Positions 10,238 to 18,686 of a stretch of 64,000 bases of DNA are shown here, in pieces (the stretch's first letter is position 1; each line of letters starts with the position of its first letter). The stretch comes from Candidatus Latescibacterota bacterium (lineage in GTDB: Bacteria; Latescibacterota; CBDEFO01). The notes below the pieces were generated by a model. The model was not told where the DNA came from and ran no database searches. It worked only from the letters and a program-made list of their open reading frames with translations. A program made the position numbers and the translations under genes. The DNA lies in NCBI GenBank assembly GCA_965248755.1, contig OZ252149.1:2240001-2304000 (forward strand), written 5' to 3'.

Positions 10238-11992
10238 CTACTCAAGTATCCTGACGATATCGTTGAAGGTAACATAGATCATCAAGAATAGCAGCAGAGC
10301 CACTCCTACTTGCTGAGTAACCTCTTTCTGTCTTGTGGAAAGCTGTCGCCGGAAAATCCCTTCAAACGTCAGAAACATCAAATGTCCGCCGTCCAGAGCC
10401 GGTATGGGAAGTATATTCAAAATTCCTAAGTTAATACTTATAACGGCCATGAAGGTGAAAAGGTCCACAAGTCCCGACCGGGCGCTGTCTCCCGCCATCC
10501 GGGCTATAGTAATCGGTCCTCCTAACTCCTTCAGCGAGGCCCCGCCTACTATTAGCTTCTTGATATTAGCCCCAATAAACTTTGTTATAAGTAGAGTACG
10601 TCCTATACTCCCATGGGCTGCCTCCAGAAGTCCTATGGGAACATAAACAAAGTCTGGAGCAGGTCCTATCCCTATTATCCCATATTCCTGATATAGAGTC
10701 AGCTCCGCGACCTGCCCTTGGACACTCCTTTCGATCTCCACTATCCCCTCTAACTCTCCATTTTCCCTCACGATCGTGTATCTATCCGTCCGATTCTCCT
10801 CAATTTTCTCCATAGCCTCAGCGTAGACCTTCGACGCTGTGACGTTGAGGATTGCTAATGCCGCTTCTTTCTCATTTTGGGGACTTTCTGTAAACTCTGT
10901 CCGAATTGTCAGTTCTCCACCCTGGGATATGGAGCGCAACGATCTTTCCACCAGACTGGACATTAAGCCCTTTAAGCGATCTTCATCGCCACCTATCATC
11001 GGCATGTGAGCAAGAGATCTTGTAATTATCACCTCCTTATCTTTGATCTTCTCATCGAAAGAGGACAAAGTGCCTTCCACCAGTTTATTTATGTTTATGT
11101 ACCTTTCATCCGGTTCATAGACGACCTTTGTATTGCTCACAGCCGTTCCGGACATCTCCTTCCCGTTCCTTATCCACTCCAGGGTAATCTTTTCCATCGG
11201 CCTTTTTCTGATGCTCCTGCTCACGTCCGACCACTCTTTTATAGCTTCCCCCTCCACCGAAGTTATCACATCTCCACTTTCAAGCCCCATCTTTTGAGCG
11301 GGCCAGTCCTTTGAGACCGAACCAATCTTCGACGACACAAAAGGTTCTATCCCTAAGTCTGCTTCAAGATTAACACTTATGAATAATATCTCATCTCCTC
11401 TTTCTACCTCCACAGATGCCGTTCCTTTTGCGCTCTCTTTTTGGAATGCCTCTGCTATGTCATCCCAGTTTTCTACGCTCTTGCCGCCCACAGATAGTAT
11501 TTGATCTCCTGACTTAAAACCATCGGACTGAGCGGTGGAGTCCCAATCTATCCGGCTTATCACCGTCGTGTTATAGATCGTCTTACCCATAAAGCAGAGT
11601 ATCGTGAAAAATATCAGTATAGCTAAAAGGAAGTTCATAAGCGGTCCTGCAGCGATAACAGACATCCTCATCCAAATCGGCTTGGACATGAATTCCCACG
11701 GATCGCCGTGTACCTCCTCGTACCCTATGTCCGACATTCCTGCCAACTTGACGTATCCACCGAACGGAATCCACGAAATGCAGTACTCAGTTTCGCCTAC
11801 CTTAAAACCGAACATCTTGGGTGGAAATCCCAGGGAAAACCTCTCCACCTTGATCCCCGCTTTCTTAGCCACCAGAAAGTGTCCCAACTCGTGGAAGAAG
11901 ACCAGAACTCCCAATACGAATAGGAAGGGTATAAGGATATAAATAATGAAGGATATAACTGTAGTCATGTAGGATATAAGCATAGCCATCAT
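10238..11992 (-). CDS. rseP: RIP metalloprotease RseP with two PDZ domains and a ~135-aa insertion
   Basis: HELGH, FSLGF, IPFGGYV, AGPLMN, GGPITI, NILPIPALDGG; follows dxr. Confidence 0.96.
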   Translation of the reverse strand: MMAMLISYMTTVISFIIYILIPFLFVLGVLVFFHELGHFLVAKKAGIKVERFSLGFPPKMFGFKVGETEYCISWIPFGGYVKLAGMSDIGYEEVHGDPWEFMSKPIWMRMSVIAAGPLMNFLLAILIFFTILCFMGKTIYNTTVISRIDWDSTAQSDGFKSGDQILSVGGKSVENWDDIAEAFQKESAKGTASVEVERGDEILFISVNLEADLGIEPFVSSKIGSVSKDWPAQKMGLESGDVITSVEGEAIKEWSDVSRSIRKRPMEKITLEWIRNGKEMSGTAVSNTKVVYEPDERYININKLVEGTLSSFDEKIKDKEVIITRSLAHMPMIGGDEDRLKGLMSSLVERSLRSISQGGELTIRTEFTESPQNEKEAALAILNVTASKVYAEAMEKIEENRTDRYTIVRENGELEGIVEIERSVQGQVAELTLYQEYGIIGIGPAPDFVYVPIGLLEAAHGSIGRTLLITKFIGANIKKLIVGGASLKELGGPITIARMAGDSARSGLVDLFTFMAVISINLGILNILPIPALDGGHLMFLTFEGIFRRQLSTRQKEVTQQVGVALLLFLMIYVTFNDIVRILE

Positions 11993-12092
11993 TTCAAATT
12001 ATGAATGGGAAAATCATGCATAGCCAGAACGTGCATCTGGATACAAATCTGCTCAGATGATAGACACTCTAAAAGCGATTTGGGTTCCCGAT

Positions 12093-13301
12093 TTATGATA
12101 GATTTTCTATTATTTGTTGAGTCAGGTTCCTTGCCCACTTGTCGCTCTCAAGCACGTCCTCCAACAGCTCAGACTCTTTCGCGTCCTCCCCAAAAAGGTG
12201 GCGCGGCCGATTTTCTGTGGTTGGAGCAGGCCACGAAGAGTGTGATTCTAGAATCATTCTGTTTACCTTTGGGATGTCCGTAAACCCTATTCTGTTGCTT
12301 AAGAAAGCGTCCACTGCGACCTCGTTGGCTGCGTTTAAGGCGGCGGGGGCTGTTCCTCCTATCTTTGCCGCTTCATAGCAGAGCTCCAAACACGGGAATT
12401 TCCGAAGATCCGGTTTTTCAAACGTCAACTTTCCAAGACTGGCAAGATCCAAAGAGGGGACTTTAGCGGGGAGTCTGTCTGGATACGTCAAGGCGTACTG
12501 TATCGGGAGGCGCATATCCGCCTGGCTTAATTGAGCCATAAGGGAGCCGTCCACAAACTCCACTAATGAGTGCACAACCGATTGACGGTGGACCAACACC
12601 TCAACAGATGACGGTGACATTCCGAACAAACAGCACGCTTCTATGACCTCAAGGCCCTTGTTCATCAAAGTAGCTGAATCTATGGTTATCTTACTGCCCA
12701 TCTTCCAGGTAGGATGACAGAGAGCCCGCTGTGGAGTAATTTTTTCAAATTCTTCCTGGGGAAGGTCTACGAATGGCCCTCCCGAAGCGGTCAGAATTAT
12801 CTTGTGAACCTGCGTAGCGGGATGATTCTCCAGACACTGCCATATCCCGGCGGGTTCGCTGTCCACCGGAAGTATGTTGACCCCGTGCTCTTTAGCCTCT
12901 TCCATAAGTATGTCCCCCATCATTACGAGGGATTCCTTATTAGCCATCGCTACGTCTTTTCCGCTCTCTATGGCGCGTATAGTAGGGATCAGCCCAATGC
13001 TCCCCGCCAGGCCGTTGATCACAAGGTCGGCTTTATGCTCTGCGAGCTCTATCAACCCTGCCATCCCGAAGACCACTCCTATATTCAGAGGGGACAGATC
13101 ACGGCTGAGATCATCAGCCAGTTCTTCGGTCTCCACCCCGACTATTGCAGGGCGATATTTGCGAGCCTGGTCACAAAGGAGCTTTATGTTCTTTCCTGCG
13201 CCGAGACCTACCACTTGAAATTTGTCCGACAGGCTATCTATTATAGAGAGACTACTCGTTCCGATAGAACCGGTCGATCCTAATAGAACAACTCTTTTCA
13301 T
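12093..13301 (-). CDS. dxr: 1-deoxy-D-xylulose-5-phosphate reductoisomerase
   Basis: LGSTGSIG, ANKESL, PVDSE, LTASGGPF, KITIDSATLMNKGLE, NAANE. Confidence 0.98.
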   Translation of the reverse strand: MKRVVLLGSTGSIGTSSLSIIDSLSDKFQVVGLGAGKNIKLLCDQARKYRPAIVGVETEELADDLSRDLSPLNIGVVFGMAGLIELAEHKADLVINGLAGSIGLIPTIRAIESGKDVAMANKESLVMMGDILMEEAKEHGVNILPVDSEPAGIWQCLENHPATQVHKIILTASGGPFVDLPQEEFEKITPQRALCHPTWKMGSKITIDSATLMNKGLEVIEACCLFGMSPSSVEVLVHRQSVVHSLVEFVDGSLMAQLSQADMRLPIQYALTYPDRLPAKVPSLDLASLGKLTFEKPDLRKFPCLELCYEAAKIGGTAPAALNAANEVAVDAFLSNRIGFTDIPKVNRMILESHSSWPAPTTENRPRHLFGEDAKESELLEDVLESDKWARNLTQQIIENLS

Positions 13302-14119
13302 CTAACATACCTGATGTATAAATAGACCGAAGGAAAGACAAAGAAGTAGCTGTCGAATCTGTCTAATATTCCACCGTGTCCTGGTATGAGCGTTGAGGAG
13401 TCCTTAACTTGCGCGTCTCTTTTCATCAAAGACTCGACAAGATCGCCTACCTGTCCGACGATTCCAATTATAATTCCAATTGTCAGACCCTGGGCAAGGG
13501 ACAGAAATCCTAGTTTCTGACTCCCTATCCAGCCTATTAAGAGAGATCCCAGTAGTCCGGCTACGGAGCCTTCCACCGTCTTTTGGGGACTCACTTCTGG
13601 AAAGAGCTTGTGCCTTCCCAGAGCGACACCTGCAAGATAAGCAAGCGTATCCGAAGTCCATATTCCCACAAAGACTAACAGGACTAAATATCCCGCCGCC
13701 GAATAGTCCAACGCCCCGTTATCTACCTCCCGAAGGAGGATCGAAAAACTCCCCAGATATCCCACGTAGAATATGCCCATCATTGTCGCGCCGGCATTTG
13801 TTAAAATTTGGGCATTATCTTTTCTCCACAACTCTGCTCCCAAGGGGAGCAGGACGGAAGCTGTCAAGACCAAGACGAGATAACATTCCATAAAGCACGC
13901 CCAACTTATTGACAATGCCAAGACTGTGCCCAAAGTTCGATTCGGAAGGTGTCCTTTCTTCATCTGGAGTCTGAAAAACTCCCATATTCCCAGAGCGATT
14001 ATAACGTCTATAAAGATCAGAAATAAGATACCGCCCCAAATAGAGGATACTATTAAGGCTACTACCAGAACCGCTCCATAGAGGGCCCTTGTGATCAGTT
14101 CCTTGATCGATTCCAGCAT
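13298..14119 (-). CDS. cdsA: Phosphatidate cytidylyltransferase
   Basis: SPQKTVEG, GDLVESLMKR, KDSSTLIPGHGGILDRFD; start placed at ATG 14119 because the upstream extension is repeat DNA. Confidence 0.95.
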   Translation of the reverse strand: MLESIKELITRALYGAVLVVALIVSSIWGGILFLIFIDVIIALGIWEFFRLQMKKGHLPNRTLGTVLALSISWACFMECYLVLVLTASVLLPLGAELWRKDNAQILTNAGATMMGIFYVGYLGSFSILLREVDNGALDYSAAGYLVLLVFVGIWTSDTLAYLAGVALGRHKLFPEVSPQKTVEGSVAGLLGSLLIGWIGSQKLGFLSLAQGLTIGIIIGIVGQVGDLVESLMKRDAQVKDSSTLIPGHGGILDRFDSYFFVFPSVYLYIRYVR

Positions 14120-14171
14120 CACGCCTTTCTGCTTTTTACCCAAAAAGTTCTTCGCCCGATTCCTGGCTTGT

Positions 14172-14192
14172 CCCCGATTGACTCTATCGGGG
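14172..14192 (-). repeat. Family A 21-bp palindrome
   Basis: CCCCGATTGACTCTATCGGGG between uppS and cdsA. Confidence 0.92.
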
Positions 14193-14244
14193 GGGGCTTG
14201 CTGCCGCTCCAGCAAAGCAGCCCCAATCAAGGTGAGGAACAATA

Positions 14245-14994
14245 CTACGTCGACTCCAGTCCACCGAACCGTCTTTCTCTGGATTGATAATTCCTCATTG
14301 CTTCATAGAGGTGTTCCTTCGTGAAATCTGGCCAATATACCGGGGTGACCCATATTTCAGTGTAAGCCATCTGCCATAGGAGGAAGTTGCTCAGCCTCAT
14401 CTCTCCGCTTGTCCTTATGAGCAGATCTGGCTCAGGGAGTTCGGCAGTATAGAGAAATTGTGAAAAGAGCTGTTCATCTATCTGTGAACTTTTAAGCTTC
14501 CCTTTTTCCACTCTACTGGCGATCTCTCTTACCGCTTCAACAATCTCGCTCCGGCCTCCATAGTCCACTGCTAAGTTCAACATTAGTCCCGAGTTTTTGG
14601 AGGTGTTTTTTATAACCCTTAAAAGGGCAAGGCGGCTGGCTCTGGGGAGATGATTCATTCTGCCTATACTTACCAGTTTCACGTTATTTTTGTGAAGTTC
14701 CAGGAACTCTCCCGACACGGTATCCTTTATGAGCCTCATAAGGAACAATACTTCTTCTTTAGGACGAATCCAGTTCTCAGACGAGAAGGCGTACAGAGTT
14801 AGGACCTCTATGTGCAGCTCTCCACAGGTACGCACTATGTCCCGTACGGATTTCACTCCTGCTCTATGGCCATCATTACGCGACAGGCCTCTTTTCTTTG
14901 CCCACCTCCCGTTCCCGTCCATTATAACGGCAATGTGCCTGGGCAGATTGCCTCCCTCTACAAGCTCCTTTTGGATTTGGGCGTCAGAGTCCAA
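14245..14994 (-). CDS. uppS: Undecaprenyl diphosphate synthase
   Basis: PRHIAVIMDGNGRW, YAFSSENW, YGGR, DLLIRTSGEMRLSNFLLWQ; TTG start at 14994 with GGAG. Confidence 0.96.
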   Translation of the reverse strand: MDSDAQIQKELVEGGNLPRHIAVIMDGNGRWAKKRGLSRNDGHRAGVKSVRDIVRTCGELHIEVLTLYAFSSENWIRPKEEVLFLMRLIKDTVSGEFLELHKNNVKLVSIGRMNHLPRASRLALLRVIKNTSKNSGLMLNLAVDYGGRSEIVEAVREIASRVEKGKLKSSQIDEQLFSQFLYTAELPEPDLLIRTSGEMRLSNFLLWQMAYTEIWVTPVYWPDFTKEHLYEAMRNYQSRERRFGGLEST

Positions 14995-15174
14995 ATTATC
15001 TCCATTTTTTCTCAAAAAAGTTCTTTGCTCCCCGAAAAGTTCTTCGATAGTTTCCGGGGGATCATGCGACGGCAAACGTCGCCTGTGCACCACGGAGTCG
15101 GTATCCGACTTTTTGGAGGTCCCGATTAGCTCCAATTCCACTGGAATATCGGGATTTGCTGCACCGATGGGGAA

Positions 15175-15741
15175 CTACTTTTCATATATCCTGTCCTGTG
15201 TGATAACCCTATCCACCGTTTCGTCGTGAGGATCGGCCTCTATTTTGTCTACTATCTGAAATTCGTAAGCCAACCCAACCTTCACGGCGTCGATTTCTGA
15301 AAGGAAGCGATCGTAAAATCCACCTCCAAAACCTATCCTGTTCCCGAAACGGTCGAAAGCCACGCCAGGAAGTATCACAAGGTCCACCTTGTCTAAATCC
15401 AACTCCTTCATATCTACCCTTTCCGGCTGGGGTATCCCCATTGTTCCTGGGCGCAGAGTATCTATATCTGTTATCCGGGAATGTCGCAAGACTTTTGTAT
15501 TCACATCTGTCACTGGCACTATCACACTTATTTTTGATCTGATCATATCGCGGATTATTACACGCGTATCGACCTCGTTCCTGATCGAGACGTAGCAGTG
15601 AACCGTCGCGGCCGTTTTGTACTCCTGGGTCTCGTATAACCTTTCTCTTATAGCCTTGCTCTTGTGCTCAACGTCCTCTTCTGCAAGGGAATCTCTCATT
15701 ATTAATATCGTCTTTCTTATCAGGGATTTGTTGTGGGACAT
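15175..15741 (-). CDS. 5-formyltetrahydrofolate cyclo-ligase
   Basis: PGVAFDRFGNRIGFGGGFYDRFL, DPHD. Confidence 0.95.
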   Translation of the reverse strand: MSHNKSLIRKTILIMRDSLAEEDVEHKSKAIRERLYETQEYKTAATVHCYVSIRNEVDTRVIIRDMIRSKISVIVPVTDVNTKVLRHSRITDIDTLRPGTMGIPQPERVDMKELDLDKVDLVILPGVAFDRFGNRIGFGGGFYDRFLSEIDAVKVGLAYEFQIVDKIEADPHDETVDRVITQDRIYEK

Positions 15742-15753
15742 CCTGTTTTACCT

Positions 15754-17025
15754 TCAGTTACTGCTCAGCCAACTCATGGGATTTTGAGGTTCTTTGCCTT
15801 CGAGCAGTTCAAAGTGGAGCTTTGGACCGTCTAAAGACCCCGTCCGTCCTGAATAAGCCAGTATGTCTCCTGTATCTACCATATCCCCTTTGTTCACAAA
15901 CACTTCCGAAAGGTGGGCATAGACTGTAAGATATCTGTCCCCGTGATGGATTATGACAAACTTTCCGTAGCCTCTCATCCAATCTGTCATGACGACCTCG
16001 CCCGGCGCAACTGCTATCACTTCCGTCCCCTCTGCCACCTTAATGTCTATGCCCCTGTTGAAAGTAACGGTCTTTAGATTCTCATCCCTGTGCTTTCCGA
16101 AGCTACTCACAATCTTGCCTGCAACAGGCCAGAGCAGATTGCCTTGCATCTTGGCAAAATCCTCAAATCCGTCCCGTCCTTTTCTACTTTGTGCCTCTCT
16201 TTGAATCTCATCTAACAACTGGTTTATCTTCTGTTGCTGGAGGGCTATGGAGCGATTATGTTCATCTATTAACTGTTGTTTGAGCTCCATATCCTTCTGA
16301 ACGGAGACAAGGAGCCTTGTATGTTCTTCTCTGCTCACCTTGAGTCTTTTGTTCTCCCTTATCTTCTCCCGTTCAATCTCCACCTTTTCTTTATGGTCAG
16401 TCTCCAGTCTGCTCTTGGCCTCCTCTATCCTGGATTTGTGGAGTTTTATCTTTTCGTAATTATGTCTGTCCTGGGACGTTACTAAAGAGAGATACTTAGA
16501 CCTCCTCAAAAGATCGGTAAAAGAACTTGAGGATAGAATAATTTCAAGTCCGCCCAGTTTCCCCTTTTTGTAAATCTCCCGTAGTCTGTCCGACATCGCC
16601 TTTTCATATTGGGAGCGTCTCTCTTCTGTCTTTTTCAACGACGACTTTGTACTTTTTATCTGTGATTTAAGTTCCCACTCCTGCCTCTTTAAGAGGGCTA
16701 TGTATTTCTCAACAGAGTCTATCTCTCTTTCCATAGCGTCTATGTTATCCCCGATCTGACCTTCCACTCCTTTGAGGCTTGCCACCTGTCTTCTGTTCTC
16801 CTCCACTTCCCTCCGGAGATCTTCCTGCTCAGTCTTTCTCTCTTCCACCTTTCTTTTGAGTTCATCTGTGCGCAGTACAGAGCTGACATAAGAAGCAGAG
16901 AGAAGGATCAGACAAAGGCTCAAAAGGAAGGATAAGCTCCTTTGTTTTCCTCTATGACTTCTGGAATCATAAGGGCAAGTGCACAGCTTTTCCTCAACTG
17001 GTTGCTGGTTTCTAACTTTTTCCAT
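15754..17025 (-). CDS. envC: Murein hydrolase activator EnvC-like (coiled coil + M23 domain)
   Basis: Long coiled coil; WPVAG, NRGIDI, YAHL, LHFE; downstream of ftsEX. Confidence 0.9.
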   Translation of the reverse strand: MEKVRNQQPVEEKLCTCPYDSRSHRGKQRSLSFLLSLCLILLSASYVSSVLRTDELKRKVEERKTEQEDLRREVEENRRQVASLKGVEGQIGDNIDAMEREIDSVEKYIALLKRQEWELKSQIKSTKSSLKKTEERRSQYEKAMSDRLREIYKKGKLGGLEIILSSSSFTDLLRRSKYLSLVTSQDRHNYEKIKLHKSRIEEAKSRLETDHKEKVEIEREKIRENKRLKVSREEHTRLLVSVQKDMELKQQLIDEHNRSIALQQQKINQLLDEIQREAQSRKGRDGFEDFAKMQGNLLWPVAGKIVSSFGKHRDENLKTVTFNRGIDIKVAEGTEVIAVAPGEVVMTDWMRGYGKFVIIHHGDRYLTVYAHLSEVFVNKGDMVDTGDILAYSGRTGSLDGPKLHFELLEGKEPQNPMSWLSSN

Positions 17026-17041
17026 TTGAACTGTCTCTCCT

Positions 17042-17911
17042 CTACGAGAGGACGTTTAGAGCCTTCCTTAGGGAGGTCTGACTTCCGATTCCCCCTAAAA
17101 TCGCTCCGAGGGCGACCATAGAAAAAGAGACGAAAAGGGCCGGATACAATTTTAACGGGAGTTCAGGCAAATTGGAATAAGTCCACCTGTATATTAAAAA
17201 GAGCAAAGTGCCTGCTGCTATTCCTCCTGTTAATCCCTGGATTATCCCTCCCACCAGGAAGTGTCCTCTTATAAACCGATCCGTAGCCCCCACAAGCTTC
17301 ATAATCACTATGGACTCGCGCCGGGACAACACAGTCAATTTTACTGTATTGGATGTCACGAAGACGCACGCAGCTAAGATGATCAATCCTATAGTCGAAC
17401 CTGCTATAAAAAGGATAGTCACGATGCGATCTAACTTTCCGATCCAGTCCACTCCGTAGTGTACATCCTCTACTCCCTCTATCTTCTCTAGTTGAGAGGC
17501 TACCCTGGTGGCATAATCCAATGTCCTGAATTGATCTACGAGCGTTATCCTTATGGAGGCGGGTAGAGGATTGACTCCGACCGCATCGAGCAGGTCATCT
17601 CCGAACTCGGCTCGGAACTCCTCGGAAGCCCTTTGCTTATCTATATATCTGGCTTGCTCCACGCCGTTTATCTTCTCCACGTCGGCCTTTATCTGTATAG
17701 CTCCTTTGATGTCCACTTCATCGCTCAGGTAAGCCTCTATCTCCACGCGCTTTTTTATATCTTCTACCAAATTGTACGCGCTGATAGAGACGAGTCCAAA
17801 GATCCCCAAGACCAAAAGAGAAATAGCCATTATCCCAGAAGAGACCAGGCTCATCATCCAGGACCGCCGAAGATCTGAAAGTGCCTCCTTAAATACGTAA
17901 CCCAGACTCAT
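17042..17911 (-). CDS. ftsX: Cell division permease FtsX
   Basis: NPLPASI, SNTVKL...RRESIVIMKLVGAT; ATG 17911 preferred, TTG 17959 possible. Confidence 0.93.
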   Translation of the reverse strand: MSLGYVFKEALSDLRRSWMMSLVSSGIMAISLLVLGIFGLVSISAYNLVEDIKKRVEIEAYLSDEVDIKGAIQIKADVEKINGVEQARYIDKQRASEEFRAEFGDDLLDAVGVNPLPASIRITLVDQFRTLDYATRVASQLEKIEGVEDVHYGVDWIGKLDRIVTILFIAGSTIGLIILAACVFVTSNTVKLTVLSRRESIVIMKLVGATDRFIRGHFLVGGIIQGLTGGIAAGTLLFLIYRWTYSNLPELPLKLYPALFVSFSMVALGAILGGIGSQTSLRKALNVLS

Positions 17912-17968
17912 TCTTGGAGTGGGGGAGAAGATAAGTTTCTCGTCGAAGAATCTTTGCAACGAACAGGC

Positions 17969-18616
17969 TTAGCAGAGCCTGCCCCCCTTGATCCTTACGA
18001 CTTTGCCGTTGGATTGGTCCAGAAGTCCTTCATCGTGGGTGGCGACAAGAACAGCCGTCCCCTTATGATTGATCTTGCGCAGTATATCCATTATATCGCG
18101 CTTTGCATCGGCATCCAGATTTCCTGTAGGTTCGTCTGCCAAAAGCGCGAACGGTTCCAGAGCCAGAGCCCTTGCTATTGCGACTTTTTGCTGTTCTCCT
18201 CCGGACAGGTGGCCAGGCAGAGAATTCCTTTTGTGTCCCAGGTCCACCAAGGACAGCGACTGAATTGCCCTCCTTTTAGCCTCCTTTGCCTTTGTTCCTG
18301 TCACTCTCAGGGCAAAAACCACGTTCTCAAATACATTCCTGTCCTTTAAGAGCTTGAAATCCTGAAAGATCACTCCCACTTTCCGCCTGACTAAAGGTAT
18401 GTGCCTCTTTTTTAGAGTCGCTGAATCGTAGTCTCCGACTATGACTCTGCCCGATGTGGGACGCTCGTCGAAGTGAACCAATCTTATTATCGTGCTCTTG
18501 CCCGCTCCGACGGGACCGAATAAAAAGACCATCTGGCCTTTTTCCACGCTGAGGCTTATATCCTCTAATATAGCCGATTCCCCTATGTACTTTGAGACGC
18601 CTTCTAATTTGATCAT
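17969..18616 (-). CDS. ftsE: Cell division ATP-binding protein FtsE
   Basis: [32 protein letters not shown]. Confidence 0.95.
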   Translation of the reverse strand: MIKLEGVSKYIGESAILEDISLSVEKGQMVFLFGPVGAGKSTIIRLVHFDERPTSGRVIVGDYDSATLKKRHIPLVRRKVGVIFQDFKLLKDRNVFENVVFALRVTGTKAKEAKRRAIQSLSLVDLGHKRNSLPGHLSGGEQQKVAIARALALEPFALLADEPTGNLDADAKRDIMDILRKINHKGTAVLVATHDEGLLDQSNGKVVRIKGGRLC

Positions 18617-18686
18617 CTTTTCGCCTTCACAAATGTGAGTTGTCCTCTTTTCCTATACCAATATTCTTGCGAAACCCATTCATTTT

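Noticed and set aside
14120..15141. Long N-terminal extensions of CdsA and UppS (also LeuB, AspC, FtsX) in the ORF track
   Set aside because: They translate intergenic repeat DNA; downstream starts, mostly with a visible RBS, give family-typical lengths.
15742..15760. 6S RNA upstream of the 5-formyl-THF cyclo-ligase gene
   Set aside because: Only 12 nt separate it from envC, leaving no room.
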